A stretch of DNA of 57,529 nucleotides, from positions 11,800,514 to 11,858,042 of the forward strand of contig NC_057718.1 of the NCBI RefSeq assembly GCF_004010195.1. The letters run 5' to 3'. The notes under the pieces were generated by a model. The model did no database searches. It had not been told where the DNA came from and worked only from the letters and a program-made list of their open reading frames with translations. Origin of the DNA: Chiloscyllium plagiosum (lineage: Eukaryota). This document shows positions 1 through 12,700 of this stretch, piece after piece (position 1 is the stretch's first letter; each line of letters begins with the position of its first letter). A program made the translations under genes and the position numbers.

Positions 1-336
1 GTGCCATGCTTCTAGGAATTCATGTCGTCTGCACACACGCAGACGACAAGCAACATGAATTCGACTGGGACAACACTACCATTATAGGGCAAGCCAAACG
101 ACCTGGACCCAATATACCGGCCACTACAGCGGACAGCTGAAACTGACAACCAGAAGCGGCAGGGACAGGCCACTATAAATGCCGGAGGAAACACCACAGA
201 AGTGCTTCACAGGAGGCTCCCAAGCACTGAGGATGTCACCTAGACAGGGGACGAAACGTTTGCAACAAAAATTTCCAGCTCAGCGAACAGAACCACAACA
301 ACGAGCACCCGAGCTACAAATCTTCAATCAAACTTT
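1..336 (+). mobile_element. Penelope-like element (family A) 3' fragment, preceded by a remnant of an inverted arm
   Basis: Encodes GIY-YIG C-terminal-type peptide (HEFDWDNTTIIGQAK..DLDPIY.PL); closely matches 57021-57529; carries a hammerhead motif; 2-32 is a deleted antisense arm. Confidence 0.85.
224..263 (+). ncRNA. Minimal type I hammerhead ribozyme motif
   Basis: gca-CTGAGGA-t-gtcacct-agac-aggggac-GAAA-cgtt-tgc: core boxes, helix II, palindromic helix III (AACGTT), helix I gca/tgc. Confidence 0.75.
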
Positions 337-657
337 GATTAGGGGTTTAGATAGGGTTGACCATGAGAACCTTTTTCCACGTGTGGAGTCAGCTATTACG
401 AGGGGGCATAGCTTTAAATTAAGGGGTGGTAGGTATAGGACAGATGTTAGGGGTAGATTCTTTACTCAGCGAGTCATGAGTTCAACGAATGCCCTGCCAG
501 TAGCAGTGGTGGACTCTCCCTCTTTATGGGCATTTAAACGGGCATTGGATAGGCATATGGAGGATAGTGGGCTAGTGTAGGTTAGGTGGGCTTGGATCGG
601 CGCAACATCGAGGGCCAAAGGGCCTGTACTGCGCTGTATTTTCTATGTTCTATGTTC
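337..657 (+). mobile_element. CR1 LINE 3' end (5'-truncated)
   Basis: IRGLDRVD..TRGHSFKL..RFFTQRV ORF2 C-terminus and (TTCTATG)n tail. Confidence 0.9.
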
Positions 658-662
658 GATGT

Positions 663-764
663 AATGTGCAAACTCCACACAGAGAGTCACCTGAGGCAGG
701 AATTGAACCCGGGTCTCTGGTGCTGTGAGGCAGCAGTGCTAACCACTGTGCCACCATGCCGCCC
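663..764 (-). mobile_element. HE1-type V-SINE tRNA-like head
   Basis: Reverse complement reads ggtggcacagtggttagcactgctgcctcacagcacc..ggttcaattcc..gtgtggagtttgcacatt; matches 4585-4680. Confidence 0.8.
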
Positions 765-2591
765 TTTTTTTATAATGTTGCCCCTACTGACCATTCCCCA
801 TGAAACATGCCCAGGTCCTCAGTTGAAAGCATTTGACCATTATAGGGACATGGTTACAAGGAGATCAAAGCTGAGAACGAAATACTCGGGTGTCTGAGAC
901 TTTTCAAGTGGACAGGCAGAAAGGAAAGGATGGTAGCATTTTTTGTACAGGATGAAGTAAATATGATAGCAAGAAATGATCTTGGATCAGAAGATCAAAT
1001 AAAAAATAAAAAAAGAGGAAGAAGGCATTGATAAGAGTGTCTATAGGTCTCCTAACAGGAGCTATACAGTGGGACAGAGAATGAATCTAGAAACAATGAG
1101 AGGATGTTAAAAAGGCAGGACATTCACTATGGAGTGACTTTTATCATTGTGTAGATTGGGAGAGTCAGATTGGCAGAGGTAGTTGGGACAGAAAATTCAC
1201 TGAGTTTGTTCAGGACAGTTTCCTAGAACAATTTGCTGTGGATCCAACCAAAGATCATGCTATTACGAATCTGTGTAATGAGACAGGCTTAATAAATGCT
1301 GTCAAAGGAAAAGATCCCCTTGGAAACAGTGACCATAACACGGTAGAATTTGGCAATCAGTTTGAAAAGGTGGAAACAACTGTGCTCAACTTAAATAAGG
1401 GTATCTATGAAGGAGCAATGTCAGAGCTAACTGGAGAGGACTGGGCAAGGAGTTTAGTGGCAAAGACAGATGAGGAAAAAGAAAATAGTTCATGGCTCAC
1501 AGTAAAGACATATCCCAGTGAGAAAGAAGGATTCTGGTAGGGGATAAGCTAACTTCCCTGGTTAAGCTTGGTTAAGGAAAAAACACTCAATGTAACAGAA
1601 ATTAGTTGTGAGCCAGAGCATTGGGAACGTTTTAAAAACCAACAAAAGGCAATAAAAATACCAAAAAAGGGAGATGATAAAATTTGAGGATAAACATATA
1701 AGTAATATCAAGAACTTGTTTAAATATGTACAAGGGGAGGAAGAGGACAAAGTGAAGATTGGCCCCTTGGAGAAAGAGACTGGAGAAATAATAATAGGGA
1801 TCCAGGAAATGGCGGAGAAACTGAATAAATTGTGTCACTCCTCACAGTAGAAGACACTAATAGCATTCCAAAAATTACTAAACAGTCAAGAGACAAAAGG
1901 AGGAGAAGAAATAAGCACAATTTCTATCACTGGAGAAAATGTGCTCGGGACACTATCGGGGATAAAGATTGATGAGTCCCTCAACATGAGGTATTGTATC
2001 CTAGAATATTGAAAAAGGTAGCTACAGAAATAGTGGATGCACTGGTAGTAATCCTGCTGGAACAACACTTTTATTTGAAAAGCAAAGGAGTCAAAAACAG
2101 GTAACTATAGCCTGTTATTCTAGTGTCTGTTATTGGGAAAATGTTGCACTCTATTTCAAAGGATGTAATAGTACAGCGTTCAGAAATACATAATATGATC
2201 AAGAAATACATAATATGGTCAAGCAGAATTAGCGTGATTTCATGATGGGAAAACCATGCTTTACAAAAATATTAGAATTCTTTGAGGAGATGTAAAGCAG
2301 AATAGATAAAGGGAAAACAATGGACGTAATATGTTTGGATTTTCAGAAGATATTTGATGAGATACCACATGTTAAGCTACTTAATTAGATAACAGCCCAT
2401 GGTGTTGGAGGTAGTATATCATCATGGACAGAAGAGTCACTAATTAATAGAAAACAGAAAGTTGGAATAAGAAACGTCTTTTCAAGAAGGCAACCTGCAA
2501 ATAGTGAAGTGCCATAGGGATCAGTGCTGGGGCCACAATTATTTTACTGGATATGTTCATGACTTAGATGAACAAAGTGAATGTACAACAG

Positions 2592-3120
2592 GAGAAAGTG
2601 AGGTCTGCAGATGCTGGAGATCAGAGCTGAAAATGTGTTGCTGGAAAAGCGCAGCAGGTCAGGCAGCATCCAGGGAACAGGAGAATCGACGTTTCGGGCA
2701 TAAGCCCTTCTTCAGGAATGAGGAAAGTTTGTCCAGCAGGCTAAGATAAAAGGTAGGGAGGAGGGACTTGGGGGAGGGGCGTCGGAAATGTGATAGGTGG
2801 AAAGAGGTCAAGGTGAGGGTGATAGGTCAGACTGGGGTGGGGGCGGAGAGGTCAGGAAGAAGATTGCAGGTTAGGAAGGCGGTGCTGAATTCGATGGATT
2901 TGACTGAGACAAGGTGGGGGGAGGGGAAATGAGGAAACTGGTGAAATCCGAGTTCATCCCTTGTGGATGGAGGGTTCCTAGGCGGAAGATGAGGCGCTCT
3001 TCCTCCAACCGTCGTGTTGTTGTGGTCTGGCGATGGAGGAGTCCAAAGACCTGCATATCCTTGGTGGAGTGGGAGGGGGAGTTGAAGTGTTGAGCCACAG
3101 GGTGGTTGGGTTGGTTGGGT
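2592..3120 (-). mobile_element. Penelope-like element (family B) 3' fragment with 14-bp TSD
   Basis: ORF 2871-3131 PVAQHFNSPSHS..RRLEEERLIFRLGTLHPQGMN (GIY-YIG C-terminus); TSD tgaatgtacaacag at 2578-2591 and 3121-3134. Confidence 0.9.
2683..2719 (-). ncRNA. Minimal type I hammerhead ribozyme motif
   Basis: Minus strand attc-CTGAAGA-a-gggc-ttat-gccc-GAAA-cgtc-gattc. Confidence 0.75.
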
Positions 3121-3814
3121 TGAATGTACAACAGACAAGTTTATAGATGACACAAAAATAGGTGGGAAGGTTTGGATGACAAAGATTTTGCAGAGGGATA
3201 CAGATGTTTTATGCGAGTGGGCAAAAACTTGCAGCTGGAATATAATGTGGGCAGGAAGAATACAAGAGCTGAATATTATTTTGATGGAGAAAGACTACAG
3301 AAAGCTATGGAATGGAGGGATTTTGGAGTCCTCGCGTAGAAATGAAAAAAAAAGCTAGTTTACAACATCAGCAGGTAAGAGAAAAGGCAAATGGAATGTT
3401 GGTCTTCATGTCAAAGGGAGTGAAGTGTAAAAAATAGGGAAGTCTTCTTAAACCTGTACAAAGCACAGGTCAGACTACAGCTGGATTACTGTGAATACAT
3501 GCCAAATTTAAGGAAAGATACACTGGCATTGAAAGCAGTCCAGAGGTTTAGTGGACTAATCCTGGGTATGGAGGGGCTATCTTATGTGGAGAATTTGAGT
3601 CAGTTGGGCTTGTACTCACTGGAGTTTAGAAGAATGAAAGCTATCCTCATCGAAATATACAAGATACTTTTAATGGACTTGATAGAATAGATGCAGAAAG
3701 GTTGCTTCCCCTTCTGGAAGAATCACGGACCAAAGGCCATCATCTCAAAATAAGGGGTCACCCATTTAAGACAGAGATCAGGAGGAATTTCTTCTCTCAG
3801 GGTACTGAATCGTT

Positions 3815-4320
3815 TTGTTTATTCATCTCAGGATGTGAACCTCTCTGGTTAAGCTAGCATTTATTATCCATCCCTAATTGCCCAGAGGGCAGTTAAGAGT
3901 CAAGCACATTTCTGTGGATCTGCAGTCACATGTAGGCCAGACCAGGCAAGGATTAAAGATTTCCTTTCCTGAAGAATATTGGTGAACCAGATAGGTTTTT
4001 CTGACAACCGACAATGGTTTCATGGTCATTGTCAGACCTTTAATTCCAGATTCTTTATTGAATTAAACTCCACCATCTTGTGCGGTGGGATTTGAACCTG
4101 GGTCCCCAGAACATTAAGGTGGTAAAAACAATGACTGCAGATGCTGGAAACCAGATTCTGGATCAGTGGTGCTGGAAGAGCACAGCAATTCAGGCAGCAT
4201 CCGAGGACAGGCAAAATCCGAGGACAGGCAAAATCAACGTTTCGGGCAAAAGCCCCAGAACATTAACTGAGTTTCTGGATAAATTGACTCGCAATAACTC
4301 CACCAAGCCATTGCCTCCCC
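3815..4320 (-). mobile_element. Deu-domain SINE (SacSINE1-like) inserted in CR1
   Basis: tRNA-like head, Deu-like core (ggaaatc..cctggtctggcctacatgtgact) and L2-type tail (gggcaattagggatgg..aataaatgc); CR1 resumes at ~4325. Confidence 0.75.
4118..4252 (-). mobile_element. Short Penelope-derived 3' end (family B-like), truncated within the hammerhead
   Basis: Resembles 2592-2710; TSD ccccagaacattaa at 4104-4117 and 4253-4266; internal 17-bp tandem duplication 4201-4234. Confidence 0.8.
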
Positions 4321-4584
4321 CAAAGAATCTGTGGAATTCTTTACTGCAGAGGGCTGCAGAGTCTGGGTCATTAATTACATTCAAGGCTGAGATAAACGTT
4401 TAATTAATAACAAAATCACAGGTTGTAGGGAAATGGCAAGAAAGTGGAGTGAGGATTTTCAGATGCCATGAACATGGCAGAGCAGTCAAGATGGGCTGAA
4501 TACTTCCTATATCTCATGGTTTTATATCACAGGAAGCATTTATTAATCTAATACTCCGAATCTAATTTATTAATCTAATCTCAT

Positions 4585-4889
4585 TGGTGGCACAGTGGGA
4601 AGCACTGCTGCCTCACAGCGCTAGGGACCTGGGTTTGATTCCCACTCTGGGCAACTGTCTGTGTGGAGTTTGCACATTCCCCCTATGTCCATGCGGGTTT
4701 CCTCCCACAGTCCAAAGATGTGCAGGTTAGGTGAATTGACCAGGCTAAATTGCCCATAGTGCGAGGTGCATTAGTCGGGGGTAAATATAGGGTAGGGGAA
4801 TGCGTTTGGTTGGCTACTCTTCGGAGGGTTGGTGTGGACTTATTGGGACAAATAGCTTGTTTTCATACTGCAGGGAATCTAATCTAATC
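4585..4889 (+). mobile_element. HE1-type V-SINE, near full length
   Basis: A/B-box head, V-domain (ggtttcctcccacagtccaaagatgtgcaggttagg), CR1-like tail ending in (aatct)n. Confidence 0.85.
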
Positions 4890-6538
4890 AGAATAAACTC
4901 CCCCAGCATGACACATACAAGCTTAGTCTGATTGGGATGTGAGAACTCACTACTCTTAATTTTCTTATGTAGATTATCCTGACTGTCCATTAACAAGGCC
5001 TTAAGCAGTAATTAGCAGGGATTTCTTTTTGCTATTGTTAATTTCTATTGACATATTTTGGAATGTTAGGAAGGATTAGAGAAGTATGACAGATGGTTGG
5101 ATGATTGGTTTGCAATTTCTACAGGCCCTCTTCACAATATACATCAGTTTTCAATTTAAAAAAAATAAAATGACAGGAGATATTATGATTCGTAAATAAA
5201 TATATTTTAGATACATTGTTTTAATTGTAAAATCTAGAATTTTAAGAAAAGCACAGAATAGACATAGTCAATTTTCAAAGAGAGAATTGTGCTCTTTGCC
5301 AAATATTTCACTATGCGCAACAATTTGGAAGTATTCTTAAAAGAAAAACTCTCACCCACAAAAGCATGGTGCCAGCAACTCGAGGGGAAGTATTGTAGGC
5401 TTTAAGGGAATATAAAACTGAAAGTTATTCCCAGGAGGGATTCTGCAAAAATTAGGCATCAAAGACTTCATGTGCTGTGTGGAAGCCAAATGCTTATAAA
5501 CATTTATTGTTTGTTTATTTGTATAATTAAATTATTTGAAATTTTTCAGCCACAATTATTACTTTTAGTGTGTACAGACAACCTCTTTCCTACATATTTG
5601 TTGGGGTGCTTTGAGGTTTTAGGTGATAATTTTTAGTTTGAATCAGTTATTCAAGAAGCACACGCCTCATGGCCAGATAAGGTGTTTAGCTCAACTGGAG
5701 TAGCTGTTCATTAAGGCGATTACTGTATTTTTTTGCTATCTCATCAGTATCGTGTACAGCACAGTATGTACTTGTTAAATGTATTGTTTTACCAACTACG
5801 TTCAAGGGCTTCTTCAGAGAATTTTATAATGTACAGTCAGTGATATTTGCCAGCAACACATGAGGTTCCTATTTCCAAGGTGCCCTTGAATTTGGTAGTG
5901 AGTACTCCTTACCTAAATATCTGTCAGTTTCCAATGGTTTTGACCAACATGACTTTAAGGCTACTGTCTCCAGGCACCATTTAGCACCTTGCAGGTACTG
6001 ACTCAACAAATTCTCGACACCATACTGGGACCATATATAAACCTTGCTTTTATATTTTGTGTTTGCAGTTTTCTTTTAACTGTTACCAGCTCTGCAATCC
6101 ATATTCTCACAAGGAACATGATGGAATTCATCTGTCCTTGAGTTTACAGCAACTTACTGGATAGCCAAAATTTCTCAAAACACTGTGGATGTACAGTGAC
6201 TACCGTCTGGAAAGCAACAACAATTGTGTGAGCAACAGTTATTGTAAAAGCAACACTACAGCACAAACAGCAAAAAAGCTGATTGATCAGGCCATTGCTT
6301 GTGTGATTTACCATAAGAATTTTAATGCCAAGAACTGCACTGGGAAATGAGCTAAGGGCTTATCCAAAGGACAATACTCCTCATGGTACAGCAGTGCAGA
6401 TCCAATTCAGAACATTGTGTCTGAGCCAACTCTTTGAACGATCGATCCAATTAGTCATACTCCCCTACCTTTCTCCTGCAAATTTTTCTTTAGAGATTTA
6501 TCCAAATTCCTTTTCTAATAATAAAATGTCCCTACTTA

Positions 6539-6899
6539 GGGGAGATGATGGCCTAGTCAGATTATCCCTTGACTATTAATCCAGAGGGGCAGTAATGTTC
6601 TGGGACCCAAGCTGAATCCCACCATGGAAAATGGTAGAATTTGAATTCAATTGTAAATAAACTGGAATGAAGAGGCTAATGATGACCATGAAATCACTGT
6701 CAATCATCAGATAGAAAATAACCTGGTTCACAAATGTTTTTCAGGGAAGGAAATTACCATCCTTACCTAGTCTAGCCTACGTGTGATCCCAGTCCCACAG
6801 CAATATTAACTCTGAAACTACCCTCAGGGTAATAGGGATGGACAATAAATGCTGACCTATCCAAAGATGCCCACATCCCATGAATTAATAAAAAAAAAC
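6539..6899 (+). mobile_element. Deu-domain SINE
   Basis: Same head, core and tail as 3815-4320; ends in an A-run. Confidence 0.75.
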
Positions 6900-7168
6900 A
6901 ATAATAGAAACAAGAAATGTGTATCCTCATTGCACCTCAGACCATCAGGCAGCTATCTTAGATCCACATCCTGACCCACTTACCAGTGGAAAAAGTCTCT
7001 TTCCATCTACATTCAAAGCTGCTCATAGTTTTGAATAGGTCTACCAAATCTCCCTGTAACCTCCTCTACCTAGACTGACATAAGAAATAAGATACTTGAA
7101 AATATACGTGGCCTGTCTAGATATAAAAACTTGCTGGATCTTCTGGCAATTAGTCAGCTGGTTGGTTG

Positions 7169-7877
7169 CCAGTGAATTTTATACTGGAATTAGGAAATGA
7201 GTAAACCCTGGCTGTCAAGAGTTGCCAGCAGGTCAGAACGTGGCAGCTACAGAATTCAGCTGGACCACAGTGAAGGCCATAGCTACTGCCAGTAAAACAG
7301 CCCCCAATTCACAGGACTGAGGACTGCTCACAATAATGATACGTGTGGCTAAGGTGTGGGGGTGGGTTCTGGAGTTGGGGGGTTAAAGAGCGAGACAGGC
7401 AAGTGAATTTGAAAACAAGTGGCTGGGTTTGATTCCGACTGTCAGCCAATCTCCCTGCTCGAGGTCCAGTTCCTCGATCATGCATGGAAAAGCAACAGTC
7501 TACCCTGTCCCCAAACGACAGCCTGCCCACACTGATTAAACCCAGAGAGGTCGATTCTTTCCCATCTCACCTGGAGCTGACATATCTGCAGTCCAGGCAG
7601 GATGAGGCCCTTAAGCAGTTGTTGATTGAGCACATAAGACTTCAATTGGTGGTGGTGTGGGAAGATGGAGCTTGGGCCTTCCTGCCCAGGATTTAACTCA
7701 GGAAAAAGCAGGAAGGTAGCAGCAGGGCTCTGGTCCACCATCATCCCAGCCAGCTAGGTTCCTGCCTTGAGGACCAGAAAACAGGATTTGGAATGAACTG
7801 TCAGCAAGGCAGTCTCGGGCTGTGAAGCCCAATTAGTTCTGACTCCCAATTCTCATCTCCAATATGAAAACCCTGTC
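7169..7877. mobile_element. Possible ancient non-autonomous DNA transposon (MITE)
   Basis: Degenerate inverted termini (7169-7203 vs 7841-7877) around a GC-richer core. Confidence 0.3.
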
Positions 7878-8241
7878 CATGGAAAGGATATTTACCCAAC
7901 TAAGGACGGGATGAACAGTCACACAGTTGTATAGAAATGATTTCACTGGAATGAAGTTCAAAGGAAATGCAATAGTGAAAAATATGAAGGGTTTGAACTT
8001 GGGTAAAATAGTCAAAAATCATTTCCATTTGTTGCCTAATTAGTAAAAAGGAGGGCTGGATATCTGGAAAAATACTATAACATTGAAGGGGAACATCAGA
8101 AGAAATTATTTCACATGAAGGATTATTAAGAAATTAAATGTCATTACCAGCGGCTATTGAAGTAGGTATTATAATTTAAAAGGGAATTGGATAAGTATTT
8201 GAAAAAGAATAGCCTGGGTTGTATTATTATGTTAACGGTAC

Positions 8242-8472
8242 TGTAGTGATTGTAATGAGGTTAGCCAGGTAGACCTCATAGAATATGAGTTCCCTGGTTG
8301 GGCTTTAATCTGATTCAAAAAGGGAGCCCTGGCTGACAGATAAAAACAAGAGTGTCAGCCATTCTATCACTCTGAGAGCTGTCTCTGAGGGAGCTGGATC
8401 AGTGTCAAGTTCTCCCTATCTGTAAATAAAGGGTGACTTGGTGATCGGTTACTGGCCTCTGGAGTTATTTCA
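8242..8472 (+). repeat. 5' LTR
   Basis: tgtagtgattg..ggagttatttca, with AATAAA; homologous to the 3' LTR. Confidence 0.9.
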
Positions 8473-8473
8473 G

Positions 8474-8483
8474 TGGTGATGAG
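8474..8483 (+). promoter_or_regulatory. Primer-binding site (decayed TGGCGACGAG, tRNA-Ser type)
   Basis: tggtgatgag 1 nt after the 5' LTR; differs from TGGCGACGAG only by two CpG-type transitions. Confidence 0.55.
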
Positions 8484-11400
8484 AGCAAAGCATTCTCATG
8501 ACAGTTGTCTTTGAGTTGGTGTAAGCATTTCTGGTATCATGCTGTTATTTAGGATGCTTGACTCGTTCAATCCTGCCATCGAAGACAGGCCCCAGTATAT
8601 GGAAAGAATGTTATTTTTTTCTGGACAAATGACATTGGGGCAGGTGGAAAGCAATGAGTAATTCTCCTGACAACTTGTGGAATTGTAGCTTTTTCAGTTG
8701 TTAGGTGCCTAACAGTCCCCGATGCACCAGATACTAAACCTTTCAAGAGTTGAAATACTTAGTTAAGGAATGTTACGAACCCAAGTGTCTTCTGATTCTG
8801 AGATGCTATCAGTTTCACTTGACAGTTTGAGAACCAGGAAAATCCGTGTCGGTTTTCTGGATGAGGTAAAGATGACCAACAGAGGAATGTGACTTTGGTT
8901 TAACCCTCAATGAAATGCTGAGCATATGGGATTAATGACGTAACCATAAAAAAAGTGCCTACTAAACTGAGCCCAACTGGACTTCAAACAGGCACTCCAT
9001 ATTGCTTTGTCATTAGAAAATGTGGCAAGTGGAGCACATGAGTTAAAGGGTATGCCGATGGAAATGGTCACTCTTGCTAAGCTGACTGAGCTTGGGGGCA
9101 CCACTTGAGAGAAGGCAATTGCATAGCCTCAGTCAGGACACTTAGAGTTTCACTGTTCAGGATGATTCTAAGTTAGTTCACAGAAAAACCCCAAAACAAA
9201 GCTGAACCAGGGCTGTATGGTTGATATTTTCTTTGGGATCCTGGCTGGCAAGACATTGTGGTTGCTGCTGGAATGTGGACCCGAGACAGCAAAAGTCCCA
9301 CGGCCTGGATTGACTAAGAGAACTCATAGGCCGATATCTGTGAGATTGCACACCCTGGAAAGCCCATCTACACCTGGCTTGGAGCAATTAAATTGCTTAG
9401 CAACATCCAAATCAGAATCAAAATAAGCATTTGGTTAAATGGTCACCCAATTCTAATGGAGGTTGATACCAGCACGGCTGTATCAGTGATTGCAGAACCA
9501 GTCTTTAACAAAATTTGCTTTGGATTCCAACCCTTAAGTTTATGTAAGACCTCTGCTATGTGAGATCCTGTACGAGATTAAAGGTACCAATGGGGTTCCA
9601 GTCTCATCTGAGAAGCAGCTGGCGTTGTTACCACAGTTGTAGCAAAAGGCTTGGGCCCAAGTTTGATGCAGTGAAATTGGTCGAGGAAGATTCACTTTGA
9701 TCAGCTCAACATTTTTCAGTTAGAAAATGGTTGCCTGAGTGAAGTCCTAATTAAATACCCTCATGTTTTTCAGGAAGGTCTAGGGACTACAAAGGAGCCA
9801 AAGCCACCCTGCATATTGACCAGGAAGTAATCCCACCATTTTGCAAGGCCTGCCCCCAGTGCCATTGCCTTATGTGCAAACTATAGGCAGAAATCAGAAA
9901 GCAAAGGAGTCATCAAACCAGTAGTTTGCAGAATGGGCAGCATGGATTGCGAAGCCTGATGGGTCAGTTCACCTCTGTGGGGATTTTAAACAAAGGGTGA
10001 ACTAATTCTTGCAGCTGGATAAATACTCACTGCTTTGCATAGAGGCCTTACTTGCAAAGCTGAAGGGGGCCGTCCTTCACGATATTGGACATGAGTCATG
10101 CATATCTGCAATTGCAGTTAGATGAGTATTTCCAGAAGTATGCTACAATTAATACACATAATGGTTTGTACCAATACACCATATTGTCATTTGGGGTGTC
10201 GTCAGTCAGCGGACAACGGAGAATATTTTACAAGATTTTAATCCACGTTGCGATTTATCTAGATGACATATTAATAACAGGAAAGACGAATGAAGAGTAC
10301 TTAGGGAACTTAGACATAGTCTTTAAATGGGTTTCCAATGCAAGCATACACTTAAGAAGGGAAAATGTGAGTTCCAGGTAGTCCAAGTGACTGAGTTCAT
10401 ATGTAAACTGGGGGAGCAAGAGTGATTGTCCCGAGCAAAGGCCACCATCAGAAACTGGCTGAACTCCGCAAAGGTCATCCAGGGGTTTCCAAAATGGAGA
10501 TGTTTGTGAGGGGTTATGTCTGGTGGCCAGGATTGGATGCTGATGTAGCTATATTGGTGGGGCAGTGCCCAGAGTGCCATCAAGAACACAAAACTACCAC
10601 CAGCAGCTCCCCCACATTCATGGGAATAGTGGAGTAAAACCCTGGACTCGATTACACATCAACTATGCCAGTCCTTTCATTTTTTAGTCATTGTGGACAC
10701 CCACTCAAAGTGGCTACACATGAAAAGAATTTATTCTTCAAACACAGGGATGATAATAGAAAGACTGAGCATCTTTTGCAATACTTGGGCTCCGAGAAGT
10801 GCTGGTCACAGGCAATGGGCCATCATTTACCAGCAGGGATTTCAAGTATTTCCTAAAGTCAAAGAGCATTCAGCATGTAAGGACAGCTCAATACCATCCC
10901 ATCAGCCAATGGCCTGGCGGAAAGAGCAGTCCAAACTTTGAAGGCAGGCTTGAAAGAAACAGTCTACAGCTTCACTCACTACTAAACTGTCCCAGTTCCG
11001 AGTTGATTCTCAGGCAACCCTTCATGCAACCACAGGCATAGTTCCATATAGTTGGTAATTGGGAGAAGACTCCACACCAGGTATAAATTTAACTTCCCGG
11101 ACCTGTATAGAGGACAAAACAGCATCAGGAATGCCAAACACAAGATTCCTCTGAGTGAGAGAGACAGATTGTTTTAGGAAATGAAATTTGGTGTTGAAAC
11201 CACAGGAATGGCACTGCATGGGTAAGAGGCACAGTCGACACGAGGGTCAAGTTCCGTGCTGTACAAAATTCCGGTAGGTGAGGCAGTCCTGAACGTGGAC
11301 CACATGAAAGCTGCAGGAACAAAACATACCTGGTGTCAAAGAAGCCTCTGAGTCTGAGATGGACAGATATCACAGCCTCGATGTTTTTACAGCCTGAAGA

Positions 11401-11551
11401 AGAGAATGAATTTCTTCCAAGATGCTGTGGGCATAAGACAATCTGGTACACACTGTCTGTATCTGAGGCTGGGTCAGAGGAACTGGCCATCGTACAAAAA
11501 CGCCTTAGAAGAGGCTGCAAGAAAAAGAACAGGCCTATGTCCCCAGACTTC

Positions 11552-11563
11552 AAGGGGGAGGGA
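11552..11563 (+). promoter_or_regulatory. Polypurine tract
   Basis: aagggggaggga immediately before the 3' LTR. Confidence 0.8.
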
Positions 11564-11786
11564 TGCAGTGATTGTAACGAGGTCAGCCAGGTGTACCTCA
11601 AAGAATATGAATTCCCTGATTGGACCAGGATAATAGCTCCAATCAGGAAGCCCTGGCTGACAGATATAAACAGGAGGGTTTTAAGTTCTGATCATTCTGA
11701 GGAAGCTGGACCAATGTCAAGTAGTATGTATGTGTAAATAAAGGGTTACGTGGTGGTGGGATACCAGCCTCTGTGGAGTTATTTCA
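11564..11786 (+). repeat. 3' LTR
   Basis: tgcagtgattg..ggagttatttca followed by the TSD. Confidence 0.9.
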
Positions 11787-12614
11787 GGTACCATATAAAT
11801 ACTAGTTGTTGTTATTGATTGAAAAGACATGGAAATGGAGTGAAAGAAGAGTTAATGTTGGCAGGGGGACAGTGGGCTAAACGGCCTCCCTCTGTGCTGT
11901 AATTGCTATGATTCCATGAAAAAAGAATGTTTTTCTTGAAAACAAAACATCTGCTGCACTCAGTCCATCCCAACTGATGATCTGATAGATTACAACATTA
12001 AAAAAACTGACTCCCTACCTCAACCGTTTAGATTAATGACAGTGCCAAGCGCCAAACTGTTCATGTAGTTGCCGAGCAAAATAGATTGGTAGAACTTGAT
12101 CTAACATGGCATTGCAGACAGTTACTGTAATTTTTAATTTAGTTATAATAACAAGCAACACTAAAAAATACACAATGAATCTCTGCATTGTGAAAGGCAA
12201 ACATGCAATGCATAAAATAACAGATTTAGCATGTTAAATTGTTGATGGGAAATTGGTTCATGATGGCCTTATGTCATTATTTATTGTACATCACAGGGTG
12301 TTGCATGCCTGTCTCCATGTGGGTGTGGAACAATATAAGTGATGGATTGGCCTCCTGAAATTTTACTTTTATGAAAAAGCACACACATTGCTAGCCAGGG
12401 AGTTTAAATGAACTGTGGAAAGTTCCATAGCAAGGCAAAATAGAAAAGTCATTTATCTCATTGAAAAAAAAACAGTCATTTAACTTCATAACGAAAAGCT
12501 CAATTTCACACATTTGGCATTTTAGGACAAATGTAGGGTTTAATTAGTGAAAGGAATTAAAAATAATGAATCGCCCACCCTGTCAATTGGAACAATAGCA
12601 GTAATATAGAAAGG

Positions 12615-12700
12615 TATTTAGATTTACTTAATATTGTCATTTGTACTGAGGTACCATGGAAAATCTATAATATCGCCACATTCCAACATCATCTTGGATT
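12615..12700 (-). mobile_element. Rex1/Babar-like 3' tail remnant
   Basis: Minus strand aagatg..ggcgat..gtacaaatgacaat; similar to the tail at 14310-14390. Confidence 0.35.

Larger units (their letters stand above)
840..4525 (+). mobile_element. Old degenerate CR1 LINE ORF2 and 3' end, interrupted by nested insertions
   Basis: Endonuclease remnants (LGNSDHN), RT remnants (LDFQK, VP.GSVLGP) and C-terminal LGLYSLEFRRM; many stops and frameshifts. Confidence 0.85.
8242..11786 (+). mobile_element. Ty3/Gypsy LTR retrotransposon, internally deleted and decayed
   Basis: TG..CA LTRs 8242-8472 and 11564-11786; TSD GGTAC at 8237-8241 and 11787-11791; protease (LNGHPILMEVDTS), RT (LDMSHAYLQL, YLDDILITG), integrase (HPG..YVWWPGLD..CPEC; VTGNGPSFTS) in PR-RT-IN order. 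Confidence 0.95.

Noticed and set aside
179..580. 133-aa ORF at the window start
   Set aside because: Accidental read-through from a Penelope 3' end into a CR1 fragment.
5912..6000. Minus-strand donor AG|GTAAGG with an upstream open frame
   Set aside because: No convincing acceptor and an unrecognisable peptide.
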